From Lingula anatina (Eukaryota; Animalia; Brachiopoda), in NCBI GenBank assembly GCA_051362555.1, contig CM120648.1, positions 3,220,587-3,284,586 on the forward strand: a stretch of 64,000 nucleotides of DNA. The letters run 5' to 3'. This document shows, one piece after another, positions 49,301 through 61,884 of the stretch; the stretch's first letter is position 1; each line of letters starts with the position of its first letter. Made by a program: the position numbers and the translations under genes. The notes under the pieces are model-generated. The model made no database searches. It was not told the origin of the DNA and worked only from the letters and a program-made list of their open reading frames with translations.

Positions 49301-50672
49301 CCAACAGAACGTGCCTGGGAAACTTAACGTGGTCTGGTACACGGATGGAGTGCCAGTGTAAGCATGAGTAGGACAGCACATTGTGTTAGGTGTGACAGCC
49401 TAATGTTTTAGGTGTGAAAATCAACTAAAACTACTGCGTTGCACAGCAAATGCAACGAGAAACTAAACGTAATATTCCTCCATGCAAATATATCATGTAT
49501 TTTTTACAGATGTCGTTTTCTGAATATTTCATTAAGTAATTAGAGAATAATCTCTTAAATGGAATTTCGCTGCGATTTTGCTGATTGTTGGTGGGGATAA
49601 CGTGACCTTGTATTTTTAGAACAGATATTTTATGTTCTGCCTGCTTATGACTTTCCAAGACTTTACAATACTTCCTCTCTACCTTCGATTAAGTCTGTAA
49701 TGATAAATCACTTTTCTCTGTATCAATCTTCAGGGCTTTATAGTAATAACACGTCCTCCCTACCCAAGAATATTCATGACCATAGTAACATCGTTTCCTC
49801 CCTACCCATGAGGAACATACGCCTCATACCCAGTGCTATAAAATGATTCGACCAGCATTTAAAAATAACAGCATAACCAGGGCACTCTGCCAGATGTTGT
49901 AAAACGCACGCCAATTGAGTCAAATTGTTTTTTCAGACGATCTGCAACAAGTTGCTTTCTGGCCATTTGACGGCAACAGTCTCGGCAACGACTTCACCGG
50001 AAGAGGGCACCACGGAGTACTTCATAACGTGATAGCAGCGCCGGGCCCTTTTGGGGCTCTTCATGCGTTGGAATTCACTCCCGCCTCTCTATCGCACGTC
50101 ACAGTGCCAGCACATGCCGATCTAGATGTCAGAAGCTTTACCTTGATTTGGCTAATGAATCCTGTAAGTGTGGGTTCAGCTGGAGTAGGTTGTATATTTG
50201 AATTCGGATATGGAAAGCCCCACGTATGGCAGTGGAATGCAGGTCCTCACTTATATGCCAACCTGGTTGATACTGCCAACCGAAACCACATTTCCACATA
50301 TCAGAACGTATTTACTGCCAACACGTGGCAGAAAGTCATCGTGCAATATGACCGAGACACGGGGACAGTTTTGTTAGGAGTGGGGTCTCTCGATTCCCAA
50401 TATTTCAATAATTCAACTGCGTCGATTGGCCAGTTTGATCTGAATACAGCAGGTCACGATTTTCACATAGGCAGACGGCCTAACGTCAATGTATACCTGT
50501 TCAATGGCCGGCTATCGTGCATCCACCTTTTTGACAAAGTAGTCGACTTGCAGACAATTAACGAAGCATGGGAGCTGTGCAGAGAAAGAGGAAACTTAAG
50601 TGAGTATTCTAGTGGTGTTATAATATTGAATTATTCAAATCCTAAATCAATAAACAGATATGGATATAATAA

Positions 50673-50719
<47 letters not shown>

Positions 50720-51520
50720 AAAATAAAGACAGTTCTTTGGGTTTCTAAATGTACTGCGTATAGACTAGAATTGAAACTGAAAAGTAGGATTTGATGGTTT
50801 GCAAAAAAACTGCTAGATATGATAAAGGGTCCCTTATTAGTGGCAGTCTATTCTTTAAGTTGTGACGCCCTGAGTTAGACATTAAATTTGATTGTTTGGT
50901 TGGGCAATTAATTGTGCTTGTTGTGCCGCCTGAATGCGTTAACTGTGACAATAATTGTCAGGTACGAGACTCCATTATATAAGTGGATTCAGCGGATTCA
51001 GCCAGATCCATCTGCACGTTTTTAATCATATATTTTTTTCTTCAAGGAACATATATTTGAATACATGCCACCTTTAAATGTCTGTATCAATAAATATGAT
51101 TAAAATGTACTCGAAACAGTTAAGGTACTAAATACCAAAGGGATTAATGGGATATGACAGCTTTCGCGACATGTTCTCTGGCAGTTCCCAAAAACCGTGA
51201 TTGACATTTTGCTTTGAAAAACTAAATGATAATGATGTGTGCATAACAAATACAAACTTATATGGCCTCTTCTTCACTGGTATTATTTGTATTTTTTATT
51301 TTTAAAACGACATTGATTGAAAGGGTTATATTAACAGAGCTTTATCTTTGTCCAGAGACGTTCACTCACTGAAAAAAAATTTTCTGTTCTTTAATAAAAA
51401 TCTGTTTTCATGTTTTCGAATTTCTTCAAGTCCCTTGACCCTTTCTAATTACTGTGGATATCTTTTTTGATAAAGTCATTTAGGTAACAGGTTTGTTACA
51501 TATTGAAATCCCTGGCCTTT

Positions 51521-51551
<31 letters not shown>

Positions 51552-54500
51552 TTCAGCATGTTCTGCTCCTGAACCCGGGGTAAATGCGACTTATTCGGGC
51601 AACTTAACCATGGGCTCGGTGGTGACGTACAGCTGTAACGTGGGTCACGTGCACGCCAGCGGTGACGTCACTAGAACGTGCCTGGGGAATTTAACGTGGT
51701 CCGGGACGCAAATGGAATGTGAAAGTAAGTGTCACGCTAAAAACAGTGCTAATCTAAGCCACACACATCGTGTATTTTAAAAGTATCAAACTAGAGCGTT
51801 TAAGAAGAGATCCGACTGAACAGAGCAAATGTATTTTTAAGTGCTCGTTTCCGGATTCAATCTGAACAAAAGCACTATAAAAACCAGCTATAAGGATATC
51901 GAAATTGATAACTTGTTCACATGTAGAACATAGTACAGTTAATAAGTGCATTTTCTTTCCAGTTGTTACTTGCAGCGACCCTGGTTTCATTGACAACAGC
52001 GCCAGGCTTCCGACCACGAGCCAAACATTCTATGGCGGGAACAACGTGACTTACACGTGCAACAGCGGCTATTTTGTAGCAAATGGTTCGTTGACACGTG
52101 TCTGTCAGGACAATAGCACTTGGAGCGATGATCCGCCTTTTTGTGAAGGTGAGTCATTGAAGAATAGTCTTAAATAATATCTATGAGAAAACGTCTTGAT
52201 ACTAGACCACGGTTCCGTAAGGAAAAATTCCTATAGGGTCCCATAGGCAATCGGCTCAAAATCCGACGAATGGCACTAGAAGACATATATTCTGCCCCCG
52301 TGCCCTGCTAATTGTAATAAAATTGTTCTAGTCGATTTTATAAATTCGCAAGACAGTTTTTAGGCTTGTGCCCAACCCCTTCCCCGTTAGCGAAGTCTGG
52401 GATCTGCTAGTGCACGATAAACAGACAGTTTAAGGGGGTCTATTTTTCTTAAAATATGATGCAGATCCAACCTTTTCCGGATCAAGGGAGCGTCTTGGTT
52501 GGAATTCACACCCGGTACCACCCCCACCCTTCCAATGAACTTAGCCTGCCTTCCCATAGATTTAGATCGATCCATCTGGTTCGACCTCACTCCCTGGGGG
52601 CTCACGCTAAATTGCTGTCGACTCAAGAGGCTTAAATGTCTGTCACGTTTACCGAATCAGCTAGGGTAAATATAATTACCTCTTAACAGCTTTACTAGGC
52701 GTGACAGACATTTAAGCCGGTCAAGTTGACAGCAATTTAGTGAGACTACCCAAGGGGATAGATCGATCTAAATATCTGTGGGAATGGTCTCTTGTAGACC
52801 TGCATAAATTGTTACTTTTCAGTCATCCCTGAGTTTTCAACGCCGTGCTATGGCGACTGGGGACATGGCTACTACGGTCACTGCTACATCATCAACGACA
52901 CTCTCACAGATTGGGAGACAGCAAATGATAATTGCCATAGACTCGGAGGCTACATCTGGGTTCCAGAGACAATTGCCGAGAGGAACTATGTGTCTGGTTT
53001 ATCGACACTTAGTCGCTGGTGGGTTGGTAAGTATATATTTACTTTTAAGTAAGGTTTATTTATAAGGATTTACAAAAATATCCAGACTAACAGTGAATTA
53101 TTTGACCTTCCACATAAGGGTATATATATATATATATATATGTTATTCATGGTCATGTCTACTTGATATTGAATTTAGCCGCGTTTAGGTTCACACAAAT
53201 ATAATTATTGCTGCAAAAACATGAGAGGTATAGTTGTTAGCAAAAAAAGGATATCGGGTTTGTATTACATAAAATAAATATTGTGAAATGAATTGATGAA
53301 TTTATATATATTTGAGCACTGAATTAATTAATGACTGTTTAATATGGCTTGTGCTTTGAGCCATTGATTTTTATTTATCTTAAGTTGCATAGGGCAGGGC
53401 AATCTACATGTAGGACAGAAATGGGCCAAAAAATTAGGTCGTACAAGCTTTTGTGAACTTGGGCGTTTTTGTGACACAAGCCAATAATTCTCGAAGACTC
53501 GTAAATACAGACTCTGATTATGAAACACCTCTTTCTTCAGGTATTACCGACCCATGGTATACGGAAGCAACTATTCCGCTGTCTGGATCTCTGTTGAAAG
53601 ATGACATTTTCGCTAGCAATGAACCGGATAATTTGGACAGGGTTTACGTTCTCTTAAACGGAGCTGGCGTAAGTGACGCTAATTCGGGCACTACAGGCAG
53701 GAGGAACATCTGTGAGCAAAGCCCAGGTAGTATATACAACATTGTGTCCCTATTGGTTTATATTTCAGTACAGATTGGACATTGTTGGTTGTGATTAATT
53801 GCCTCTGTCAATGCATGATTATAGATATGTGTTGAATTGCTCCAGTTTGAAATGTATTATATATAACGGAGAGAGAGAAAGAAGGAGTGTGCAATTCATT
53901 TCTTTAACAAAAAAAGTTGGGAGATTCGAATTCAGTTGAGTTGAGATATCGTTATCATTTCTTTTCATATCAAATAAACTCTATCCTGAAAGTTTCATCA
54001 ATATATACGATTAATGCGAATAATTTTAAGGACACTTTGTTCACCAACAAATAGACAAACCTACGCTGATGCAAACAAAACCATCTCCGTGCGATAGGCG
54101 GATAGGCAATACAAATACATATTTCAGCTTACCTTGGTTGTTATCGTACGGATAGCAGTCTGACGGCAACCCTCAGCAGCCCCGTACACATGAACCTCCA
54201 GCAGTGTATTGAGTACTGCCGTGGCTTGTCCCGTGCCTACGCCAGTGTGTCTTCCTCGGAGTGTTACTGTACACAGACCGTCACTGTATCTAATAAGGAG
54301 AACGACTTCACTATCTGTGATACAAAATGTCCTGGAAACAAACACCAGTTCTGCGGGGGCAATGGATATGTGTCAGTGTATCTAGTTAGTAAGTGTCAGT
54401 GTCTCAGAGAGAGAGAGAGGGGGAGAGAGAGAGAGAGAGAGCGTGTATTTATACTTTTAAAATACACCTGTCTACTATAGATGAGCAGACAGCTGCACAA

Positions 54501-57474
54501 ATAGATAGTCGGACTAATTACTATACACTGAATATCTCTTTTCGTGATTAATGAAAAAAGGTCCAGTTTAGTAAGAACCGCTGCAACCAGTTGGACTTGG
54601 GACAATAAAAAATTGTGAACTACTGCAATTGTCTATTGTAAACCGCACTGAAACGTAATGCAGCTGACAGTATATAAGAACAAGACTTGACTTTTACTTT
54701 TTAGCTTGGATATCAGTAGTGGCTAGTTCTTGTGATGTCCTGTATAAAAACGGTGTCCGGGAGTATGGTCAGTACTGGGTGACAGCGGCTGGGATAGATC
54801 AAAACATCCGAGTGGAGTGTTTTCCATCAAGTGGGTATTTGTCCCGTGCTTAATCTCAGTTAATATCCATCCATTTTTTCTTATTCTTTGGATTTGTAAA
54901 ATGTAGCAAATTGCTTTTTCTTACTTTTTTCTTGTGGTTTCAAAAGAGACCATCAAGTTGAAAGTATCCAGTATTTCAAAATGCACTTTTTCTGAAAACA
55001 AAATTGGTGTCTCAGTTTATACAAGTGAAAAATGCGTTATGCCTTTATACAAAAAAAAGTTTGGAACGATTTTAAATGATTACTAAACGTTGCAGATTAT
55101 TCTACTAGTATTTATAAATATGACATCATTTAAAGCTAACTACATATACGTATCAATAATGTTCTGAAATAAATCTGTTATTTTCACGAGAGAATTTTGT
55201 TTCATATTTCGGCTTTGTTCTATGACATTGTTTTTCTCAAGTCGAGTTTTCATACGTCGTTTCAGAACCGTGTAACAAGTGGCTGATATATCAGATCAGC
55301 GACTCATCAATATCAGCATCATCCAGCAGAAGCAACCTCTCGCATACTGATATAAGGTATCTGTTTTGGCTCACATACAACTCAACAGATGGATTAATTA
55401 TAGGAAAACTTTCTTCATATATCCATATATCAGCTTTTCAACTTAACCCCTAGTGCAAATTTGGATTATTGTTTCAATAATAATAATAATAATAATAACA
55501 ATATAATTAATGATGAATATAATAATAAAGAATACAATAATAAATTATACCTGCACCACTTCAGACTATATGGTGAGAGTGGATGGGGTCCTGACGTCAG
55601 TGCTGACACTAACGGCTCTTGGGTTCAGCTTTCCTTGCCAAACCGGTATATAGTCACTGGCTTCAAGACACAAGGTATGCTTTATCACTGGTGGGGTCGG
55701 TCGTATTTTAAGTTTATTGCATGTGATATTTATTTATAAGTATTTAACTGACTAACCTTTGAGTAATGAAATCTGTTTACAGATGTACAGTAAGCCTAAC
55801 AATACTCCCCTGAGTGTCAGGGCCACTGTGAAGCTAGAACTGTTCGCGGACTTCAACAGTATTGTTGATAAGGGTTATATATATGAAATTAAGATCGAGC
55901 TGGCAATACGGAAATCTAGAACCTAGGGTAAACAATACGAGTTTTCGGTAGAATGTTTTCATTGACTATATTCCAAAACATTGAACAAGATGAAAACGGC
56001 TTGGGCGTGTCATATGATTGGCCAGTATTCTACATACGAAGCAGAGTAGTTGAACATCTTTCACAGGGGCGGATTCAGAGATATTTTCTGACAGTCGTCC
56101 AAATTATCTTTGTTGATCCATCCACCATTTTTGATCGTCTTCCGACAGAAAAAATTTAGATACCCACCAATGTAAACTTGAAAATCTGACCGTCTTCCGG
56201 AAGACCAAGAAGACGGCCTAAATCCGCCCCTGTTTCATATCAATGGAAAAATGTTTTGAAATAATTCGATCTGAAGACTCAACACTTTATATCTTTTTTT
56301 GACAGGGCGTTATGACATCAATCAATTAGAGAGAGTGCAGAACTTTACAGTACAGTACAGAGATTCAAGTACTGGCAGTGACTGGCAGAGATATAACAAT
56401 GATTCCCATGTATTTGTAGTAAGATTTAGACCAGCCATTTGGTAAACTGCACGTTTTGTCTTTGTTAAAGACTGGATAGTCGAATATGAATGGGTTTGTG
56501 TGTTTAACGCACGTTAAATAACGTCCAGTACTTTGAATACATTTAAGTGTTAGATGGATGTTTCTTACAATACCTAATTTATCTACTTATCCATTTCATT
56601 GCCATTTATATTGCTTTCGAATAACCAACATCTTGTCTTTAAGTTTGACGCCAGAGGGCCAACGAGTAGCGATTTCAATACCCCTGTGTACAGCGAAGTT
56701 GAGAACCCGTTCATAGCCACAGATATCCGAATTCTGCCTGAAACCAGCAGCTGTCTAGGAACCGGATGCGTCATGAGGCTGGATGTCAGCGGGTGCCAGT
56801 TTGATACATTCTCAGGTAAAATAATTCTTATCCATAGTTTGGATGAGCCAGTTTCGAAACCAAAGCTGGTCAATATTTCCTTTTCAAATTCCCGTACATG
56901 TAGAAGGTTACTCCCCGCCTTGAAACATCGCAGGTCTTTGATAGAGGTTAACTGCACAAAACGCAACTAATAGTCTGGTCTCTGATCTTTGAAACCGTTA
57001 ATTTGGGTGATTAAAAAAGTGGTATTTTTCAAACATCTATGCCGTTAAATATCAAGGTCTCTAAAGCATTATCTAGATTTATTTCAATTTATCCTACCTA
57101 GAAACTGCTGTGGACGTAGGGTGTTTCCTGGATGACCCAAATCACCCAGAATTCCCGAATATCCTGTCTTCCGGTATCACGTCAACGTCAGAATGTCGTG
57201 AGCTTTGTGTGCAGGGCGGTTACTTGTACGCTGCTGTCACCAACGGTAAGTGCAACTTGAGAATATAATTAAACGTTTCGGCACACCCACACAAAAGACT
57301 ACAAGTACATTTATGAAATACATTTAAAAGGTAAACAATACCCAAATGTAGAGAACTAAACTACATTCACTGCAGCAAAACGGGCACACTAAACAGCAGA
57401 AAAACAATGAAACTAATGCCGTAAAGAAAGAAACAAATAAACACATTTAATATTATTGTAATTATTATAAAAAC

Positions 57475-57516
<42 letters not shown>

Positions 57517-57817
57517 CTCAGGGACCGTGTGCGGGTGTGGAAACCAGATTGGAAAATACGGGAAGGCAAGCACGGGGATGTGCGATATTGCGTGCACCGG
57601 GAACCAACAGGACGCGTGCGGCGGTGAATTATTGAATTCAGTCTTCAGAGTTTGGAGTAAGTACGACATAAGTATCTAGATCTTCTTCAAAAATGGCGGG
57701 ATAAAAGAAGTTGGAAGCTGTTAACAGAATATATTTGCAAAAAGTAAAAATTTAAGAAGGCGTTAATGCAATGAATGTGGAATAAAATGTTCATACGACA
57801 GTGACCATGACCTGTGT

Positions 57818-57852
<35 letters not shown>

Positions 57853-58862
57853 TTCTTATATGGCGCCTTACATTCTATCTCAAGGCGCCTTACAATAATG
57901 GCTAATATACTAAAATCATTCTTATGTAATTTAATCGGAGCTCACATAGGCCTATATAAACCAGACATTAAAACATGCACATGATCAAGACCACAAATTT
58001 ACCTTAATCAGGTGTAAAGTGCCCGGAGCTTCCACGAAAATCCAATATGGCTCTGAATACCACAGAACTTTCCCATGGTGACGTTGCAAAATACACGTGT
58101 CTCCATGGATACCGGTTGCCTTCAGGAACCAATGAAACAGACATCTTGAGATGTGTTCAGAAGCAATGGATAGGGGGTATCCCTGCCCAGGGATGCGAAC
58201 GTACGTTAAAACTAATTAACCTAACTTGCGTTGCTTTTTAGTAGTCGGGACGTGATATGTACATGTAGGCCTATATAAATACATGTCTGCCACAATCAAT
58301 AACGAAACTCTCAACCGCGTGTTTTAAATAGTGAACGTGACATATATTGCTTTTATATTATATATTCTTTAACAAAACTTGTACTTCTGAGCAATTTCTA
58401 ATATAATAGATCTTTTAAAAATTAAGTTTTTAATTGATACCTCGAAGTAGGTCAGTCTTTTTGTCGTCCAGGCCCAACAATCTTGTTCTCAATTTCCATT
58501 AGACTGAATTATACTGTAAGCGGGTTCTGTTTCCTTATTAACAGGAATAGTGTGCAGCGGAGCTTTACCCACTGTGGCCAACGCGACAAGAACAGATACC
58601 GGGAATTTCTTGGATAGCACTGCCACCTACCGATGCCTCTATGGTTTCCTGTACCCAGATGGTAGCGATGTCCAGCAGATTCATTGCCAGGATACGGGGG
58701 CGTGGTCATCTTTATCACATTCTGAGTGCCAGGGTAATTTCTCCCCCAAAGCATACTTTGGCACGTTGTATATTTTATTCACTATTTTTTAACAAGAATC
58801 CAGTTATCGTCCCAACTCGGAATCGCCCGAGACATACCAAACTCAACAGTATAATAATAATG

Positions 58863-58897
<35 letters not shown>

Positions 58898-59092
58898 GGT
58901 ACATGTTATTCGTTATTTATTCAGAGAGATTGTGCAGTGCGCCGCCAGATGTCGCCAATGCCACCGCTGTCTTCAACAACCGAACCTGGACGTTCACCTG
59001 TGACGCTGGGTACGCGGTATCGGCCGGAGACACCACACAGACCCTGTTCTGTAATTTACAGGGGCAGTGGGAAGGAAATGTGGAAAACTGTG
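36719..59092 (+). CDS. Mosaic extracellular multi-lectin protein, paralog B: SP-CTL-CTL-CCP-CCP-CTL-CCP-SUEL-LamG-CCP-LamG-CCP-CCP-CTL-WSC-FBG-like mini-FA58C-WSC-CCP-CCP-CCP; about 2,009 aa; 3' end unresolved
   Basis: 30 GT-AG exons keep frame: 36719-36742, 37340-37373, 39155-39332, 40476-40693, 41175-41376, 42478-42689, 42946-43125, 43725-43901, 44212-44386, 44561-44790, 45069-45245, 46464-46745, 48312-48977, 49190-49357, 49937-50599, 51557-51724, 51963-52148, 52823-53026, 53541-53726, 54128-54388, 54705-54830, 55266-55356, 55565-55674, 56306-56418, 56644-56815, 57102-57245, 57522-57656, 58012-58200, 58545-58733, 58925-59092 (6,028 nt). Confidence 0.88.
38133..38380 (+). pseudogene. Displaced dead copy of the last Sushi exon plus downstream flank, inside intron 2 of paralog B
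   Basis: Aligns with 31153-31400 and 58927-59170; lacks the acceptor AG, has a 10-bp deletion and a TTA>TAA change. Confidence 0.85.
39155..42689 (+). CDS. Paralog B C-type lectin-like domains 1 and 2 (four exons)
   Basis: WIGL, W.DG, ICSCD, W.D..C and YVCE motifs; homologous to 13447-15571. Confidence 0.9.
39533..39585 (-). ncRNA. Minimal type I hammerhead ribozyme motif (minus-strand pLTR)
   Basis: Reverse complement reads ttcc-CUGAUGA-a-AUCUG-acugcaag-CAGAU-GAAA-uauu-gga. Confidence 0.65.
40145..40197 (+). ncRNA. Minimal type I hammerhead ribozyme motif (plus-strand pLTR)
   Basis: CUGAUGA at 40153-40159, stem II AUCUG/CAGAU, GAAA at 40179-40182, palindromic AAUAUU as minimal helix III, stem I ucc/gga. 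Confidence 0.68.
40746..40910. mobile_element. Small inverted-repeat insertion specific to paralog B
   Basis: ccagtgtaacg...cgttataccgg ends; not present in the matching paralog A introns. Confidence 0.45.
41700..41885. mobile_element. MITE-like element with internal ctaaccc motifs
   Basis: Inverted arms acaggaatgcaa / ttgcattcctgt. Confidence 0.5.
42946..45245 (+). CDS. Paralog B CCP-CCP-CTL3-CCP block (five exons; largely missing in paralog A)
   Basis: Sushi exons 42946-43125, 43725-43901, 45069-45245; CTL exons 44212-44386 and 44561-44790 (YHIGLE...WVDG...NICSCD...WADNSC...YVCE). Confidence 0.88.
46464..46745 (+). CDS. Paralog B SUEL / rhamnose-binding lectin exon
   Basis: ACE...ALYGR...CEGQQSC...FSQDPCSGTYKYL...Y.C. 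Confidence 0.92.
46861..47825. mobile_element. Non-autonomous DNA transposon with about 34-bp TIRs and TAA flanks (PIF/Harbinger-like)
   Basis: taa|ggccacacttttttaattttatggatgacatcct...aggatgtcatccataaaaataaaaaagtgtggcc|taa; absent from paralog A near 19390; internal diverged tandem repeat at about 47387-47680. Confidence 0.85.
48312..52148 (+). CDS. Paralog B LamG-CCP-LamG-CCP-CCP exons
   Basis: Same exon lengths (666/168/663/168/186) and motifs as 19768-24076. Confidence 0.88.
52548..52790. mobile_element. MITE family A, copy 3
   Basis: ttcccatagatttagatcgatc...gatcgatctaaatatctgtgggaa; internal arms gcttaaatgtctgtcacg / cgtgacagacatttaagc. Confidence 0.75.
52823..59092 (+). CDS. Paralog B CTL4-WSC-mini-FA58C-WSC-CCP x3 exons
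   Basis: Exon lengths and motifs identical in pattern to 24282-31318. Confidence 0.88.
56064..56232. mobile_element. CAGG...CCTG MITE with 5-bp target-site duplication TTTCA
   Basis: tttca|caggggcggatt...aatccgcccctg|tttca. Confidence 0.8.
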
Positions 59093-61194
59093 GTAAGATG
59101 CTTACAGAGACCGTTCATTTTTTCTTTCGTTTAAAAAAAATCAACTTTTCCCTTTCTGGAAAAATAAAATTAACTACATAATGCCACGAAAGCTAGTAAC
59201 ATTCGTTTAAAATAATATTGCATTTGCATAAAAATAGCGTTATGCTTGTTCATTTGGATTAGCTTTAGAGAAGAGAAAACGTTTTGAAATATGAAATTTC
59301 TTTTATCACATACTTAAGAGTTTAAAAGCTGTACATGTAGTGTCCGGTTACTTGTAATACCATAACGCTCCTTATGGCACCATCTGATTTTCAACACCAG
59401 AAAGTCACCAACAAACTGTTCTTTTAAATTATGGTGCCGTTCACGTTGGTTTTGCTTGTACGTTTTGTTCCAATATAGAAATACATTTTATCAATAATTT
59501 ACCAAATGCATATGTGTATTTGAATGATGCCAAAAATAAGCCAATTTGGAACTTGGTTGAAGAGATCAGATCGAGTGGTAAGTTCCGGTAGGTATAGTAG
59601 TAATTATTCAGTCAGTTTATTTAAATCCCCGTCATAATTGATGAAAGGCGCCAACAAGCACGGTAGGTATCTTTTTCTTTTCTGTATTGTTATACTTTGT
59701 TAGTTATGTGGACGCATTTTTTTTAATGAAAGACCTTAATTCTGGTGTAATCAGCTTGTTGTATTGACAACACCTGAACATTCATTTGATAGATTTTGTT
59801 TAGTGACAATAACAATTTTCTATGTACTTCAACATGTTTTTTTAGTTCAGGTGTTTGTTTCGAAAGATTTAGCGTGTTGACACCAATGCCATACGTATGC
59901 GTGTAATTGCTTTTGATTCAGTTGGTTGAGTGCTTCATAGAGGGCGCTCGTTATCTGTGACGGTGTGCGTGATGAATCTGTTTGGCTCTGTAGTCCAAAA
60001 TCAGTGCGTTCATTACTAGAGTTGCTCTTGTGGTTCGTTATTTATAATGCTGCGCGTGGTAGCAAAGTTTGTAAGGTGCGTTGTTTCCCTGGATGTTGAT
60101 TCAAGCTTGTGGAGCATCTAATAAGCATGCAGGGTGCTGATGTGCTCAAAGGAGAGAGGGGGAGAGAGAGAGAGAGAGAGAGAGTTGATTAAGGGTTTGG
60201 GGGCGGTGAGAGAATGTGTTTCAGTTTGCACCAAAGCAAACCGGCAGTGATAGTGCCAGCTTGGTGACACGAGTAACCCAGCAACTTTAAAGACATTGAA
60301 AGTCCCAGGAAATACACTGTACCTTCCTGACCAGAACAACAGAAACACCACGTGAATCGGCAACACGGAGAGAGATGCAAGACAATGTTTTGAACCTAGA
60401 TTTATTGTATTACTAAGTACCATCTGGAAACAAACAGTGGAAAAAACTTAAAGTAGCAGCTTGCGTAGGTCGTAATACATGAAAGATAAAATTTTATGTA
60501 AAACTATGAGGAAAAGGGAGAACACCAATTGTGCATCGATTTGAATGATTGTATTGTCAGTTATTGTGGCCTTCCGCTGTTATACTCCGAACATTAGACA
60601 AGGGAATGGCCATAGATAGACAAGGAAGACAGACAAAAAATATTAACGCGGAACCATTAATGTTTGGAAACATGGGTTTATACGTATCATTGATGTTCCA
60701 AGGTAGTTTAACATTACATATAGAAGCCTGGAAATCGTTGCCCGACATGAAACGAACTCAAAGAAATTACAAAGAAATTACCATCGTTGCTGTTGGTGGA
60801 AATGTAGATCGTTTTCACATAGACAAAATGCCTTTTTAAAGTATGAGCTATGGCATTTGGATCTTCCATCAAAGGTCCTTGCACGTTAAGTCTCCTAAGA
60901 AACTATCTATTTTTTCACGGTACAATATCGGATAGAGACAGAAATGCCCATGGTATTCTAAAAATAGAAAATAATTTTAAAAAAAAATTTAATAAAGCAA
61001 ATAATTTATTCAGCGATATTTTGAACTTATTACCGACAGATACCGTATTGTTCCAAATTTTACATATTTTAATGATTTAACAATACAACCCAAGAAATAA
61101 CCAAGAAATGACATCCGTTCAATTCATTGTTATACATACTAAAGTGTCATCTTGTCTCGTAGCATACGAAAATACTGTTTCTCATTATTTAATT

Positions 61195-61785
61195 CAAAAA
61201 TTAAATGAGATTTATTGAAATTTAATTGAAATTCTATGAAGTTTCTAATACAAATGAGAGGTCATACGAGATTTCCGTTTTTGCGAGAGCACTTGCGCAC
61301 GATAGTCACTATCTCGAGTGACCAGCACTGCATACCAGAAAATTTATGCCATTGTAATTCTACTATACAATAAAAAGGAATATAAAATCCTTCTCAGATA
61401 AAATATATCCTTCTCATCCAGTTAAACTAAATGAAGATAATATAAATAATTATCTTAGGTGCATTATAAATATCAATCCAAAATATGGTTATGATTTGAT
61501 ATGATAACATACATGTAGTTATCTTTGGTGCATTACAAATATCAACCCATAAATGTGGTTTTACATGTTTCTATGTAAACCAGGCACTGCCCCCCCCCTT
61601 TTTTGCTGTGGAATAGGGGAGGTGGGTGGGCGTATGACCTCTCATTTGTATTAGAAACTTCATAGAATTTCAATTAAATTTCAATAAATCTCATTTAATT
61701 TTTTAATTCTATTTCGTTTCCATACAAATGAGGTCATACGAGATTCCCGTTTTATGCGAGAGCATATGCGCACTTGCGCATATCT
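61195..61785. repeat. DIRS terminal structure (ITR / internal complementary region-like)
   Basis: About 61197-61268 is the reverse complement of about 61632-61703; 61247-61299 is repeated directly at 61723-61780. Confidence 0.75.
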
Positions 61786-61884
61786 TCACAGTTCGAAGCT
61801 TGCTGGTCACGAGAGCAACTTGGCTCTAAACAAAGTACCACATACCTTTCCTAAATATTTAAAACTGCGTCAGTAAACTCTTTT

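Larger units (their letters stand above)
34300..61190 (+). repeat. Second unit of a large direct tandem (segmental) duplication; first unit about 9300-33520
   Basis: Upstream non-coding blocks align (9330 with 34383; 9760-9960 with 34603-34800). The exons align, and so do downstream blocks (31530-33510 with 59560-61170). Boundaries are approximate. Confidence 0.85.

Noticed and set aside
9300-61190. Tandem units as an uncollapsed-haplotype assembly artefact
   Set aside because: Introns are strongly diverged, carry many unit-specific insertions, and exon content differs, which fits old paralogs better than alleles. Long reads would be the final check.
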